Origin: Takakia lepidozioides
Lineage: Eukaryota > Plantae > Bryophyta
Direction: 5' to 3'
Assembly (NCBI GenBank): GCA_030704615.1
Contig: CM060734.1
Coordinates: forward strand, 55,428,001 to 55,492,000
DNA: 64,000 nucleotides
Each line of letters opens with the position of its first letter. The stretch's first letter is position 1. Below are positions 62,481-64,000 of this stretch, one piece after another. Both the position numbers and the translations under genes were made by a program. The notes beneath the pieces were generated by a model that saw nothing but the letters and a program-made list of their open reading frames with translations, ran no database searches and was not told the DNA's origin.

Positions 62481-64000
62481 TTAAGTCATCCAGACTTGTA
62501 TAGGGCACAACACGTTTGGTTTCCCCCTTGTGAAAGCATCACGATTAACATTATCTTTGCCACGTTTATAAGAGATCTTAAAGTCATAGGCCTGCAATAT
62601 CAGAGCCCATTTTGCCAATCGCCCAGTGAGTTCTCTAGGGGTCATCAAAGCTTTTAAAGGCAGAAGATCCGTTTCAATGACAAAGGAACAATCATGCAAA
62701 TACTGGCGAAGGCATTTGACACCAAACACAACAGTCAGTCCTTCCTTGTCTGTAATCGAATAATTGCATTCATGTTTATCTAACCGCGAGAAGCATAGGC
62801 TATAGCATGTTCAAGCCCATCATGAACTTGACTAAGTACAACAGAGATTGCAAGATCGTTTGCATCAGTTTGCAAAAGGATGGTTTGGTAAAATTAGGGT
62901 AGACCAGGATAGGAGCAGAGGTCAAGGCAATTTTTAACTTTTCAAAAGCAAAGTTCTCAGCCTTACCCCATGCAAAGTGTATGTCTTTGGATAACAATGT
63001 GGTCAAATGAGTAGCAATCTTGGCAAATTGAAAGATAAAGCGGCGGTAATAGGAGCCCAAACCAAGGAAAGCCTTGACACAATGCTTGTCTTTAGGGATG
63101 GGGTAGTCCCATACTGCTTGAATTTGATGCCGATAGTAGATAGGAGGCGCCCAAGAAAATGTAGCTGCTCCATGCAAAAATCGCATTTTTTAGCTTTAAC
63201 TTTAGGGCCTGCAGCTCTGAGTCTGCACACCACTTTGCAAAGTCCAATAAGTGAGCTGCGAAGGTAGTGGAATAAACGTTTATGTCATCAATATAAACCA
63301 ACGCACATTCCCATCGGAGGTTACCCAACACCACATCCATCAGTCTTTGAAAAGTAGCAGTGGCATTACACAGTCCAAATGGCATGGTCTCAAACTGGTA
63401 CATGCCCATTCGACAGGTGAAAGTTGTCTTCTCCTTGGCAGCAGCAGTCAGAGGCATCTGCCAACACCTTGTTGCGAGATCCAACGAATAGAAGATGGTA
63501 GCCCTATTGAGCTGATCTAATGTTTCATTAATATGAGGCAAAAGGATAGACATCCCGCTTTGTGATGGCATTTAGGTGACGAAAATCAACACAAAATCAA
63601 GTGGAACCATCCTTTTTCCCAACTAAGACTATTGGACTAGCCCAGGGGGAGATAGAGGGGTGATCACACATGCGTCAAGTAGAACGATCTCAGTTTGGAT
63701 AACCTGGCGTTCACGAACACTCTCACGGTATGCATACTGATTGATGGGTTTGCCATCAGTGACAATATCGTGCTGGAGAATATCCGTTTTGCCCAAGTCA
63801 TGGGGGCCTTGGCTAAACACATCCAAATTGTTGCGAATGAAAGCATGAAGATCAATTTTTTGGGTAGGGGTCAGATGATCACCTACCTTAATGTCCGTGA
63901 GGATCTATTGGAAGTGAGTTTCCTGGGCAGGAGTGGTGGGGCCTTTATGAGCAGCAAACATTTGTAATTGATCGACTGAGAGACAAAGCACTCTGGACTG
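62481..64000 (-). mobile_element. Ty3/Gypsy pol relic (RT-RNaseH), frameshifted, runs off window end
   Basis: DLGKTDILQHDIVT...SLDL...W...MPFGLCNATATFQRLM...YIDD...FLGLGSYYRRFI...TGRLAKWAL. Confidence 0.9.

Overview
Eukaryotic nuclear DNA from a non-seed land plant; a bryophyte or lycophyte is inferred from the PLS-type PPRs, the intron-rich UGT and the chromovirus/L1 types. The window is mostly nested, decayed transposons. One host gene appears intact: a 5-exon family-1 UDP-glycosyltransferase (49908-52851, -). An NPF/PTR transporter at the left edge carries two frameshifts. The mobile DNA comprises two L1-type LINEs, a full-length chromovirus whose 3' LTR is split by an inversion, three copies of a second LTR family, CACTA, hAT and TA-TSD non-autonomous elements, and a Gypsy RT-RNaseH relic. 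Two things stand out. (1) A left-truncated DNA transposon (13106-21200, end reads CAGGGATG..., second copy of that end at 33492) encodes a SWIM-finger/MULE-like transposase. It also carries an intron-containing, now pseudogenised gene with a ParB/Srx-like N-terminal domain and a prokaryote-type beta-class N4C/N6A DNA methyltransferase domain. (2) A 7.4-kb Pack-CACTA (37062-44496, 19-bp TIRs, CAC TSD) is filled with scrambled fragments of a gene that fuses OSB-type PDF ssDNA-binding motifs to PLS-class PPR repeats. All protein family calls come from motif recognition by eye; no searches were run.
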